Source: an uncultured Thermotogae bacterium
GTDB taxonomy: Bacteria; Bipolaricaulota; Bipolaricaulia; UBA7950; UBA9294
Length of the DNA: 64,000 bases
NCBI GenBank assembly: GCA_964582285.1
Contig: CAZORQ010000006.1
Span: forward strand, 14,086-78,085
Direction: 5' to 3'
This document shows positions 36,946-45,615 of the stretch, piece by piece. The number at the start of each line of letters is the position of its first letter. Positions within the stretch are counted from its first letter, which is position 1. Below the pieces are notes generated by a model. The model did no database searches, was not told where the DNA came from, and saw nothing but the letters and a program-made list of their open reading frames with translations. The position numbers and the translations under genes were made by a program.

Positions 36946-37329
36946 GGGATCTCCCTTCCTCGGTCTCGCGGTGAGTCCATGCCGCTGATCAAAACGATGG
37001 TAACGATTTCTTGGGGGCATGCGCCAATGATCTCGACGGGCATGCCCGCGATTCGTTCAGTAACTTCATCAGGCCATCCCTGCCGAGTGGAGAGTCGATG
37101 TCATGATCTACAGATGCACGCCCTCTCCCTCTCATTGTCGCCCGAAACGTCAAATGCCGAACGTCTTAATGCCGTTCGGACAAGGCATAATCCGTTCGCT
37201 GCAAGTCAACCGAATGCATGAGCCTGACCGGCACGTGCAGACCGGGCATGGAAGGTGAGAAGCAACGCCGGTGCCTTCACATCTCGGGAGAGGGAGGACC
37301 GGCTGATACACAGCCAGAGGAGGCCAAGC

Positions 37330-40300
37330 ATGCTGGGTCAGAAGAAGCGCGCAAGAAGAGGTTCCCGATCAACTGACCCTTCCGGCCTTTCCGGTCGAAG
37401 TGGATTGATTCTACGAACGGCCATCGTTGCTGCGATCCTTATCGCGGGTCTTGTAGCCATGGCAAGCGCCAATGGAGCCCTCGAAATCGGCAGAGGGAGA
37501 GATGCTCACAGGTTCGAGTTCCTCGGTGTGGACTACAACAAGGACGGAACATCCACATGGATATATCGTGTCACCTCGGGGCGCAGACCGTCTCTCAGCC
37601 ACTGGGTTCTCGAGGTCGATCGCTCATTGAGCGACGACGCCATTGTCGATGCTTCGGAAGACTGCGAAGTTGGGAAGGATCCAACGACAGGCATATACGG
37701 ATTCAAGTTTGATCGGGGATACGATGACAGAGAGAGCCGCACAGTATCGTTCACTCTGGATGCTTCGTACGAGGCTGTAGACACGCAAATAGCCATCAAG
37801 GCTGGCAGAGATGCACTCGTGAGTGGATCCATCCCAGGCCCCAGTTCGGCCGCCGGTGCAGGTGGAGATAACCAGTCTCCCACGGCGGCTGACGATGAGG
37901 CAACAATCAACGAAGGTGCGAATCTGAAAATCTCCGTCTTGGACAACGATAGCGATGCGGATGGGGACAATCTTTCAATCGAATCCTTCACTCAGCCGGA
38001 TCATGGCAAAGTCAAGCAGAACGGCAAGAAGAGGATCAGGTACACACCGGAGAAGGGATTCAGAGGAATCGATGCGTTCACCTACACAATCTCCGATGGA
38101 AACGGTGGAACGGACACGGCGAAAGTCACTGTGACCGTAGGCAAAATGAGTGTGGAACCTGAGGCTCATGATGACCATGCGACAACCGATGCCGGCGTTG
38201 CGGTGAGCATCGACATCCTCGCCAACGACACAGACAGTGATGGGACAATCGACCCGGCAACGGTTGACATCACCGAGGCTCCCGGAGATGGAAAACTAAG
38301 CGTTGATCAAGCAACCGGCATCGTAACCTACTCCCCCGACCCAGGGAGCTGCGGAAGCGACCGCTTCGCGTACAGAGTCCGTGACAACGACGACGCCATG
38401 TCGAATGAGGCACGTGTCGAGATCCAGATCCTGTGTAACGCTCCTCCCAAGGCAAACGACGACGAGGCCATCGTAGGAGAGAATGCGGCGGTAGAGATCG
38501 ATGTGGTTGTCAATGACATCGATGAAGACGGTTCGATTGATGCGACAAGCCTTCTGATCAGCAACCAACCGAAGCATGGATCCTTGAGCGCGAATCCAGC
38601 CAACGGAGAGGTAACGTACAAGCCCGATAGGGGATTCTGCGGCGACGACGACTTCGAGTACACAATTGCCGACAACGATGGTGCGTCGTCCAACGAGGCG
38701 AGGGTCACCATCACTGTGGTGTGCAACCAACCTCCCGAGGCGGGTGACGATTCGGCAACAACAGATGAGAACACGTCAGTCGGAGTCGATATCGTCGCCA
38801 ATGATGTGGACAGAGACGGTTCGATCGATCCAGCAACGATCGTGATCACCAGAGAGCCCAAGAACGGAAGGCTGAGCGTTCACCCGACAACCGGCGTTGC
38901 AACGTATACGCCGGATCCCGGAAGCTGCGGGAACGATAGCTTCGGATACACGATCGATGATGATGACGGCGAAACGTCGCGGGAAGCACGTGTCGATATC
39001 GAGGTCCTATGCGATGATCCACCCTTGGCAATAGACGACCTTCACATGACAGATGAAGGGGACGTCCTCACCGTGACAGCGCCGGGCATCCTCGCCAACG
39101 ATGTGGACGCACCCGGCAAACCGTTGTTTGCGAAGCTTGTCAGGGACGTCCGTCACGGGTCGCTTTCTCTGCAATCGGATGGGTCGTTCGTCTATGAACA
39201 CGACGGCAGTGAGACAACAAGCGACGAATTCACCTATGTCGCCAACGATTCGAACAACGATTCGAACGTCGCTACAGTCAGCATCGTCATTGCACCGACA
39301 AACGATGAGCCGTCCGCCGCCGACGACGACGCAAGCACCGACGAGGACAACAGCGTACGCATCGACGTGCTGAAGAATGACACCGACCCGGATGGCGACA
39401 GGCTGACGGTTGACTGGGTCAAGTCGCCTGCAAGCGGCTCCGCGGCCAACAATGGAGATGACGTAACCTATACGCCGGATCCGGACTTCCACGGAACCGA
39501 CAGCTTCGCCTACGGCGTTTCCGACGGAAGTGGCGGCACCGCAAGCGCCACAGTCATAATCAATGTCACAGCAAGGAACGATCCCCCAAGCGCCGAAGAG
39601 GACAGCGCCGCCACGGATGAGGATACGTTGGTTGAAATCGATGTTCTCTCGAACGATTCCGATCCAGACGGTGATTCTCTTGTGATCACGTCGGTCAAGC
39701 AGCCGAGCAACGGCGATGTCGATAACAATGGGACAAAGGTTGTATACATCCCGGATCAGCAATTCAGCGGTGTGGATACGTTTGCGTATACCGTTTCCGA
39801 TGGGAACGACGGCCAAGCAACTGCGAAGGTTTCTGTCACGGTATTCGCGGTGAACGACCGTCCGATCGCTCAGGATGACTCCAGCACGACCAATGAGGAT
39901 CTCCCAATTGCCCTTGAGATTCTTGGCAACGATACCGATCCGGATGGCGATCGCTTGATCGTCCAATCGGTGACCCAGCCGGACCATGGGTCGGTCACGA
40001 CCAATGGCGAAGACGTAACCTATACTCCCAATCCGAATTTCAATGGGTACGATGCATTCAGTTACGTCATCTCCGATGGAAACGGCGGAACCGATACCGC
40101 AACCGTTCAGCTCACTATCGATCCGGTCAATGATGATCCCATCGCACAGGATGATTCCGCCGCAACCGATGAGGATCTCCCGACCGGTTTCAGCGTCCTC
40201 GGCAACGATGCCGATCCGGATGGCGATCGCTTGATCGTCCAATCGGTGACCCAGCCGGACCATGGGTCGGTCACGACCAATGGCGAAGACGTAGCCTATA

Positions 40301-43300
40301 CCCCCGATCCGGACTTCCATGGCTACGATGCGTTCAGCTACAGCATCTCCGACGGAAGCGGCGGAACCGATACCGCGACCGTTCAGATCACCATTGATCC
40401 GGTCAATGATGATCCCATCGCGCAGGATGACTCCAGCACAACCGATGAAGACATTCCGGCTACCTTCGACGTCCTCGGCAACGATACCGATCCAGACGGT
40501 GACAGTGTAACCATCCAGTCAGTGACCCAGCCGGATCATGGGTCGGTCACCAGCGATGGACGTGACGTGACCTACGTCCCGGATCCGAATTTCCATGGCT
40601 CCGACGCATTCAGCTACGGCATCTCCGACGGGAACGGTGGAACTGATACCGCGACCGTTCAGATCACCATCGATCCGGTCAACGATGACCCCATCGCACA
40701 GGATGATTCCGGCGCAACCGATGAAGATGTTCCGGTGACCTTCGACGTCCTCGGCAACGACACTGACCCCGAGGGTGACCGCGTGGCCGTTCAAGCGGTA
40801 ACTCAGCCAGATCACGGGTCGGTCACCACCGACGGGTCCGCGGTGACGTACGCTCCTAACCCAGACGTCCACGGCTCCGACGCATTCACCTACAGCATCT
40901 CCGACGGAAACGGCGGAACCAGCACAGCGACCGTCCAAGTCATCGTCAATCCGGTCAACGATGACCCCATCGCGCAGGATGATTCCGGCGCAACCGATGA
41001 AGATGTTCCGGTGACCTTCGACGTCCTCGGCAACGACACCGACCCGGAGGGCGACAGTCTGACCATCCAGTCCGTGACCCAGCCGGATCACGGATCGGTC
41101 ACCACCGACGGCGCCCGCGTGACCTACGTCCCCGATCCCGGCTTCAACGGAAATGATGCGTTTGCTTACATCGTGACCGACGGAAGCGGCGGAACCGATA
41201 CCGCCACGGTCACGATCGCCGTTGCCACCGTCAATGATGCCCCAGTAGCCGAGAACGATTCCGGTTTAACCGATGAGGACCTCCCGGTTACCCTCGATGT
41301 CCTCGACAACGATACCGATCCCGATGGTGATCGTTTGATCATCCAATCCGTGACTCAGCCGGATCACGGATCGGTTACCAACGACGGTGCCAGCGTGACC
41401 TATGTCCCCGAGTCGGACTACAGCGGCTCCGACACACTGACCTACAGCGTCTCCGACGGAAATGGTGGAACCGATACCGCTACGGTCACGATCATCGTCG
41501 ATCCCGTTAACGATGAGCCGGTCGCTCAGGATGATTCCGGCGCAACCGATGAGGACCTCTCCGTTACCCTCGATGTTCTCGACAACGACACCGATCCCGA
41601 CGGCGATGCACTGACCGTTCAATCCGTGACCCAGCCGGATCACGGATCGATTGAGAACGACGGCTCCGATGTCACCTACATCCCTAGTCCAGGCTTCAAC
41701 GGGAACGATACGTTCAGCTATACCGTGTCCGACGGAAGCGGTGGAACCGATACCGCCACGGTCACGATCGCCGTCGCCACCGTCAATGACGCACCCGTCG
41801 CAGAGAACGACTCCACGCTGACCGCTGAGGATCTCCCGGTCACCCTCAACGTCCTCGACAACGACACCGATCCCGACGGCGATGCACTGACCGTTCAATC
41901 CGTGACCCAGCCGGACCACGGATCGGTCACCACCGACGGCGCCCGCGTGATCTACACCCCCGAACCGAACTACAGCGGCTCCGACAATCTCACCTACAGC
42001 ATCTCCGACGGCAACGGTGAAACCGATACCGCAACGGTCACGATCACCGTCGATCCCGTCAACGATGAGCCGGTCGCTCAGGGTGATTCCGGCGCAACCG
42101 ATGAGGACCTCTCCGTTACCCTCGATGTCCTCGACAACGACACCGATCCCGACGGCGATGCACTGACCGTTCAATCCGTGACCCAGCCGGATCACGGATC
42201 GGTCACCAGTGACGGCGCTCGTGTGACCTACGTCCCCGATCCCGGCTTCAACGGAAATGATGCGTTCAGCTACACCGTGACCGACGGAAGCGGCGGAACC
42301 GATACCGCAACCGTGCAGGTCTCAGTGGCCACCGTCAATGATGCCCCCATGGCCGAGAACGACTCCGGCGCAACCGATGAGGACCTCTCCGTTACCCTCG
42401 ATGTCCTCGACAACGACACCGATCCCGACGGCGATGCACTGACCGTTCAATCCGTGACCCAGCCGGATCACGGATCGGTCACCAACGACGGTACCCGCGT
42501 GACCTACGTCCCCAATCCGAATTTCCATGGCTCCGACGCATTTACCTACAGCATCTCCGACGGAAACGGTGGAACCGATACAGCCACCGTTCAGCTCTCT
42601 ATCGATCCGGTCAACGACGAACCGAACGCCCAAGATGACTCCAGCGCAACCGATGAAGACCTCTCGGTTACCGTGGACGTCCTCGGCAACGACGCGGACC
42701 TGGACGGTGACAGCTTGCTCGTCCAATCCACGACTCAGCCAGATCACGGATCGATTGAGAACAATGGCTCCGATGTCACCTACATCCCCGATTCCGGCTT
42801 CAACGGAAACGATGTGTTCAGCTACGTTGTCTCCGACGGAAACGGTGGAATCGATACAGCGACCGTGACGATCGCAGTCGCAACGGTCAACGATCCACCA
42901 GAGGTGCTCGACGATACCGCGACAACCACGGAGGACGTTCCTGTGACTGTCTCCGCATTGGCAAACGACGTGGATCCAGATGGTGACAGCCTCCAAGTGG
43001 AGTCGGCGACCCAGCCATCCCATGGTGCTATTGTCCTCAGCAATGCGAGCATCGTGTACACACCGGCTCCCGACTTCTTCGGGACGGACCGCTTCACATA
43101 CACGGCAAGCGATGGCCATGGCGGTACCGGCACCGCCACGGTAGCCATTGTGATCCTCCCGATCAATGATTCACCGAGAGCTCAAGACGACAGTTCATCC
43201 ACAAGCGAAGACAAGGCGATCACGCTTCCTGTGCTCCAGAACGACAGCGATCCGGACGGCGACAATCTGGCAGTCCAAGCCGTGGTTCAGCCCGACCACG

Positions 43301-45297
43301 GCTCGGCCGTTAACAATGGCACCGACGTGACATACATTCCTGACCCCGGATTCAACGGCACGGACATCTTCACCTATACCCTCTCGGACGGCAGCGGCGG
43401 CACAGACACCGCGACCGTGATCGTCTCCGTTTCCGCGACAAACAATCCTCCTGCCGCACAACCCGATAGCGTCCCCACTGAGGCCGGAAGCATGGTAGCT
43501 ATCCCGGTTCTCGCCAACGACAGCGATCCGGATGGCGACTTCCTGTTGATCGAGTCATTCAGCCAACCGGCCAATGGCTCGGTTCTCAACGCCAGAACAA
43601 GCATCTCCTACATACCAGATTCAGGGTTCCAAGGAGTTGATACGTTCACGTATACCGTCTCCGATGGAAACGGCGGCACGAGCATTGCCACAGTGACCGT
43701 GTCCGTCGCTTCGTCAAATCGCCCGCCGGATGCACAAGATGACAATGCCGTTGGAACCGAGGGATTCCCAACGACCGTCCTCGTGCTGCTGAACGACAGC
43801 GATCCAGAGGGTGATCCCCTCGCTGTTGAGTCTGTAACTCAGGCGGAGAACGGAAAGGTCTCGACAGACGGCATCGAAATCGCGTACACGCCGGCTCCCG
43901 GCTTCAGCGGCGTCGACTCGTTCCTCTACACCGTCTCTGATGGAAACGGTGGAACTGATACAGCGACCGTCTTTGTTGCCGTCGCTGCAGTGAACGATCC
44001 ACCTATCGCCCAAGACGATAGTGGCGAGACTGAACGCGATGTGCCAATCGAAATCTCCGTGATGGACAATGATAGCGACCCGGACGGCGAGTCACTGACC
44101 ATCGCATCGGTAGCGCAACCTCTCAACGGCACGGTCGTCAACGCAGGGCAGTCCCTTGTCTACACGCCGGATGTAGGATTCACCGGGACAGATACGTTCA
44201 CGTATGTCGTCGCCGATGGGCGCGGCAACGTCGCCACAGCCACCGTAACAGTTGGTGTTTCCGGCGAGGCCGGAACCGGTGGTGCAACTGCGGAATCCGT
44301 ATGCGAAGGTAAGGCCATTATCAGTGAGGTCGCTTGGGCCGGAACAGCAGCAGATCCTCGAGATGAGTGGATCGAACTCCGCAATCTCGGGACAACACCT
44401 ATCAGCCTCGACGGGTGGGAACTGCGCTGGCGCCGAACCCATCCATCGACTCCAGAAGAACAGATGTGGAAGGTCATCGAACTATCAGGCATTCTTCCTG
44501 CCTCGTCGGGTCAAGCCTGCAATGGCACATCCTCTGCCATTGAGCCTCCTGTCCACCTCGCCAGGGACAACTCGAAGGATCCTGCGTGGTTCCTAACGAG
44601 CAGGATCGAGGACGAGGATACCGGGTTCTTCCTTCTCGAACGAAGACACGACAGTGTGATCAGCAATCGCAAGGCCGACCTTCTCTACGACACATCACAA
44701 ACTCTCGACCTGGAACTGTCGGATCTCGGCGAGGTCATCATGCTGGTCAACGATCGTGGAGACATCGTGGATACCGCAAACGCCTCGAATATGGGCCGGG
44801 ACGGATGGGCAGGAGGAAGTGCATCGACGTTCGGCACGATGGAACGAATCGACCCACAATCTGCTGACACGACTGCGAATTGGCACACGAACGCAGGAAT
44901 CGTTACTCATGGGGAGAACTCTAGAGAGCACCTTCTTCGTGCGACACCTGGCGGACTGAACTCGCCCGTTTTCGAGGATCTGGGCGCCTATGCAGCCATT
45001 GAACCAACAACAATGCGCGCTGGCGAACTTGTAAGCGTAGACTTCCCCCTGCCACGACAGGATCGCCGCACGACCGGATGGCCCTGGATCAGCGTATCAA
45101 GACCGGGCTTCACAGGGGCAGCCGGCGCCGGTGGCGCCGACGATCTTGCGGGCTACTCCTTCTCTGGTCGATATGAGGATGGTGATCGATACGTTCTCGA
45201 CATTGGCACGGAGAGCCTCCCCCCAGGGTTGTACGTCTTCTGGGTGACGTACGGACGAGGAAAGGCTGCTATTGTGCCAATTGTCGTGACGCGATAG
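37330..45297 (+). CDS. giant secreted adhesin-like protein: N-terminal domain, 23 cadherin-like ('tandem-95'-type) repeats, lamin-tail domain (LTD), C-terminal beta-rich tail
   Basis: The ORF track starts at GTG 37255. ATG 37330 has GAGGAGG 7 nt upstream. Signal peptide LILRTAIVAAILIAGLVAMASANG. Repeat consensus NDxPxAxDDSxxTDEDxxVxxDVLxNDTDPDGDxLxxxSVTQPDHGSVxxxGxxVTYxPxxxFxGxDxFxYxxSDGxGGTDTATVxxxV. LTD motif AIISEVAWAGTAADPRDEWIELRNLGTTPISLDGWELRW. Length 2,655 aa. Confidence 0.9.
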   Translation: MLGQKKRARRGSRSTDPSGLSGRSGLILRTAIVAAILIAGLVAMASANGALEIGRGRDAHRFEFLGVDYNKDGTSTWIYRVTSGRRPSLSHWVLEVDRSLSDDAIVDASEDCEVGKDPTTGIYGFKFDRGYDDRESRTVSFTLDASYEAVDTQIAIKAGRDALVSGSIPGPSSAAGAGGDNQSPTAADDEATINEGANLKISVLDNDSDADGDNLSIESFTQPDHGKVKQNGKKRIRYTPEKGFRGIDAFTYTISDGNGGTDTAKVTVTVGKMSVEPEAHDDHATTDAGVAVSIDILANDTDSDGTIDPATVDITEAPGDGKLSVDQATGIVTYSPDPGSCGSDRFAYRVRDNDDAMSNEARVEIQILCNAPPKANDDEAIVGENAAVEIDVVVNDIDEDGSIDATSLLISNQPKHGSLSANPANGEVTYKPDRGFCGDDDFEYTIADNDGASSNEARVTITVVCNQPPEAGDDSATTDENTSVGVDIVANDVDRDGSIDPATIVITREPKNGRLSVHPTTGVATYTPDPGSCGNDSFGYTIDDDDGETSREARVDIEVLCDDPPLAIDDLHMTDEGDVLTVTAPGILANDVDAPGKPLFAKLVRDVRHGSLSLQSDGSFVYEHDGSETTSDEFTYVANDSNNDSNVATVSIVIAPTNDEPSAADDDASTDEDNSVRIDVLKNDTDPDGDRLTVDWVKSPASGSAANNGDDVTYTPDPDFHGTDSFAYGVSDGSGGTASATVIINVTARNDPPSAEEDSAATDEDTLVEIDVLSNDSDPDGDSLVITSVKQPSNGDVDNNGTKVVYIPDQQFSGVDTFAYTVSDGNDGQATAKVSVTVFAVNDRPIAQDDSSTTNEDLPIALEILGNDTDPDGDRLIVQSVTQPDHGSVTTNGEDVTYTPNPNFNGYDAFSYVISDGNGGTDTATVQLTIDPVNDDPIAQDDSAATDEDLPTGFSVLGNDADPDGDRLIVQSVTQPDHGSVTTNGEDVAYTPDPDFHGYDAFSYSISDGSGGTDTATVQITIDPVNDDPIAQDDSSTTDEDIPATFDVLGNDTDPDGDSVTIQSVTQPDHGSVTSDGRDVTYVPDPNFHGSDAFSYGISDGNGGTDTATVQITIDPVNDDPIAQDDSGATDEDVPVTFDVLGNDTDPEGDRVAVQAVTQPDHGSVTTDGSAVTYAPNPDVHGSDAFTYSISDGNGGTSTATVQVIVNPVNDDPIAQDDSGATDEDVPVTFDVLGNDTDPEGDSLTIQSVTQPDHGSVTTDGARVTYVPDPGFNGNDAFAYIVTDGSGGTDTATVTIAVATVNDAPVAENDSGLTDEDLPVTLDVLDNDTDPDGDRLIIQSVTQPDHGSVTNDGASVTYVPESDYSGSDTLTYSVSDGNGGTDTATVTIIVDPVNDEPVAQDDSGATDEDLSVTLDVLDNDTDPDGDALTVQSVTQPDHGSIENDGSDVTYIPSPGFNGNDTFSYTVSDGSGGTDTATVTIAVATVNDAPVAENDSTLTAEDLPVTLNVLDNDTDPDGDALTVQSVTQPDHGSVTTDGARVIYTPEPNYSGSDNLTYSISDGNGETDTATVTITVDPVNDEPVAQGDSGATDEDLSVTLDVLDNDTDPDGDALTVQSVTQPDHGSVTSDGARVTYVPDPGFNGNDAFSYTVTDGSGGTDTATVQVSVATVNDAPMAENDSGATDEDLSVTLDVLDNDTDPDGDALTVQSVTQPDHGSVTNDGTRVTYVPNPNFHGSDAFTYSISDGNGGTDTATVQLSIDPVNDEPNAQDDSSATDEDLSVTVDVLGNDADLDGDSLLVQSTTQPDHGSIENNGSDVTYIPDSGFNGNDVFSYVVSDGNGGIDTATVTIAVATVNDPPEVLDDTATTTEDVPVTVSALANDVDPDGDSLQVESATQPSHGAIVLSNASIVYTPAPDFFGTDRFTYTASDGHGGTGTATVAIVILPINDSPRAQDDSSSTSEDKAITLPVLQNDSDPDGDNLAVQAVVQPDHGSAVNNGTDVTYIPDPGFNGTDIFTYTLSDGSGGTDTATVIVSVSATNNPPAAQPDSVPTEAGSMVAIPVLANDSDPDGDFLLIESFSQPANGSVLNARTSISYIPDSGFQGVDTFTYTVSDGNGGTSIATVTVSVASSNRPPDAQDDNAVGTEGFPTTVLVLLNDSDPEGDPLAVESVTQAENGKVSTDGIEIAYTPAPGFSGVDSFLYTVSDGNGGTDTATVFVAVAAVNDPPIAQDDSGETERDVPIEISVMDNDSDPDGESLTIASVAQPLNGTVVNAGQSLVYTPDVGFTGTDTFTYVVADGRGNVATATVTVGVSGEAGTGGATAESVCEGKAIISEVAWAGTAADPRDEWIELRNLGTTPISLDGWELRWRRTHPSTPEEQMWKVIELSGILPASSGQACNGTSSAIEPPVHLARDNSKDPAWFLTSRIEDEDTGFFLLERRHDSVISNRKADLLYDTSQTLDLELSDLGEVIMLVNDRGDIVDTANASNMGRDGWAGGSASTFGTMERIDPQSADTTANWHTNAGIVTHGENSREHLLRATPGGLNSPVFEDLGAYAAIEPTTMRAGELVSVDFPLPRQDRRTTGWPWISVSRPGFTGAAGAGGADDLAGYSFSGRYEDGDRYVLDIGTESLPPGLYVFWVTYGRGKAAIVPIVVTR
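37870..44258 (+). repeat. 23 tandem coding repeats of ~276-285 nt (cadherin-like modules)
   Basis: Counted from the translation. Central units are near-identical at the DNA level: 39941-40017 equals 40217-40293 (77 nt), and 42088-42208 equals 42364-42484 (121 nt), both letter for letter. Confidence 0.9.
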
Positions 45298-45615
45298 CAC
45301 ACGGACGGGACGCCTAATCAGTGAATCAATGAAGCGTCCGCACCGCTTTCATCGCCGTTTCCTGGGCGCAAGTCATCGCGGACCGGGAGGTAAGCGAAGG
45401 CAAGAGCCAAGCACCCCAGAGATTTCGGATTCCGCGTTCAAGCCTGCGGATGCCGACGGAGTACATCTCGCTCTGTCTCTCGCAGTTCCCTTGACAGACA
45501 AGACAGTCCGGTGTGCTCTTAGTGGGCAGCGAGGCGCCGCCTCGCAATGATCCATGCTATGATGCTGGGACAGGCATCCTCACATAGGAAGGACCCAGGG
45601 AGAAAAGAGGTTACC

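Noticed and set aside
36490-37221. 243-aa + strand ORF in the intergenic region upstream of giant gene 1.
   Set aside because: Its composition is Arg/Ser/Pro/His-rich and it has no RBS. The opposite strand has a more protein-like, though still weak, frame.
37021-37329. A possible c-di-GMP (GEMM) or other riboswitch in the leader of the giant adhesin gene.
   Set aside because: By eye I could not find the conserved GEMM-I or GEMM-II core motifs or a convincing multi-stem architecture. Only one simple hairpin is present. An Infernal/Rfam scan is needed before any claim.
39007-43119. Long minus-strand ORFs inside giant gene 1 (39007..40320 437 aa, 40519..41091, 41266..42195 309 aa, 42322..43119 265 aa).
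   Set aside because: They are antisense to a strongly supported repeat-protein frame. Their translations are monotonous G/R/I/V/D-rich strings that simply mirror the sense repeats. GC-rich coding DNA commonly lacks stops on the antisense strand. They have no RBS or independent motif.
37870-44258. Highly regular ~276-nt tandem repeats, considered as a possible CRISPR-like or satellite array.
   Set aside because: The units are contiguous, with no unique spacers, and are 276-285 nt long. All lie in one open reading frame that encodes a conserved cadherin-like domain. They are coding repeats, not CRISPR.
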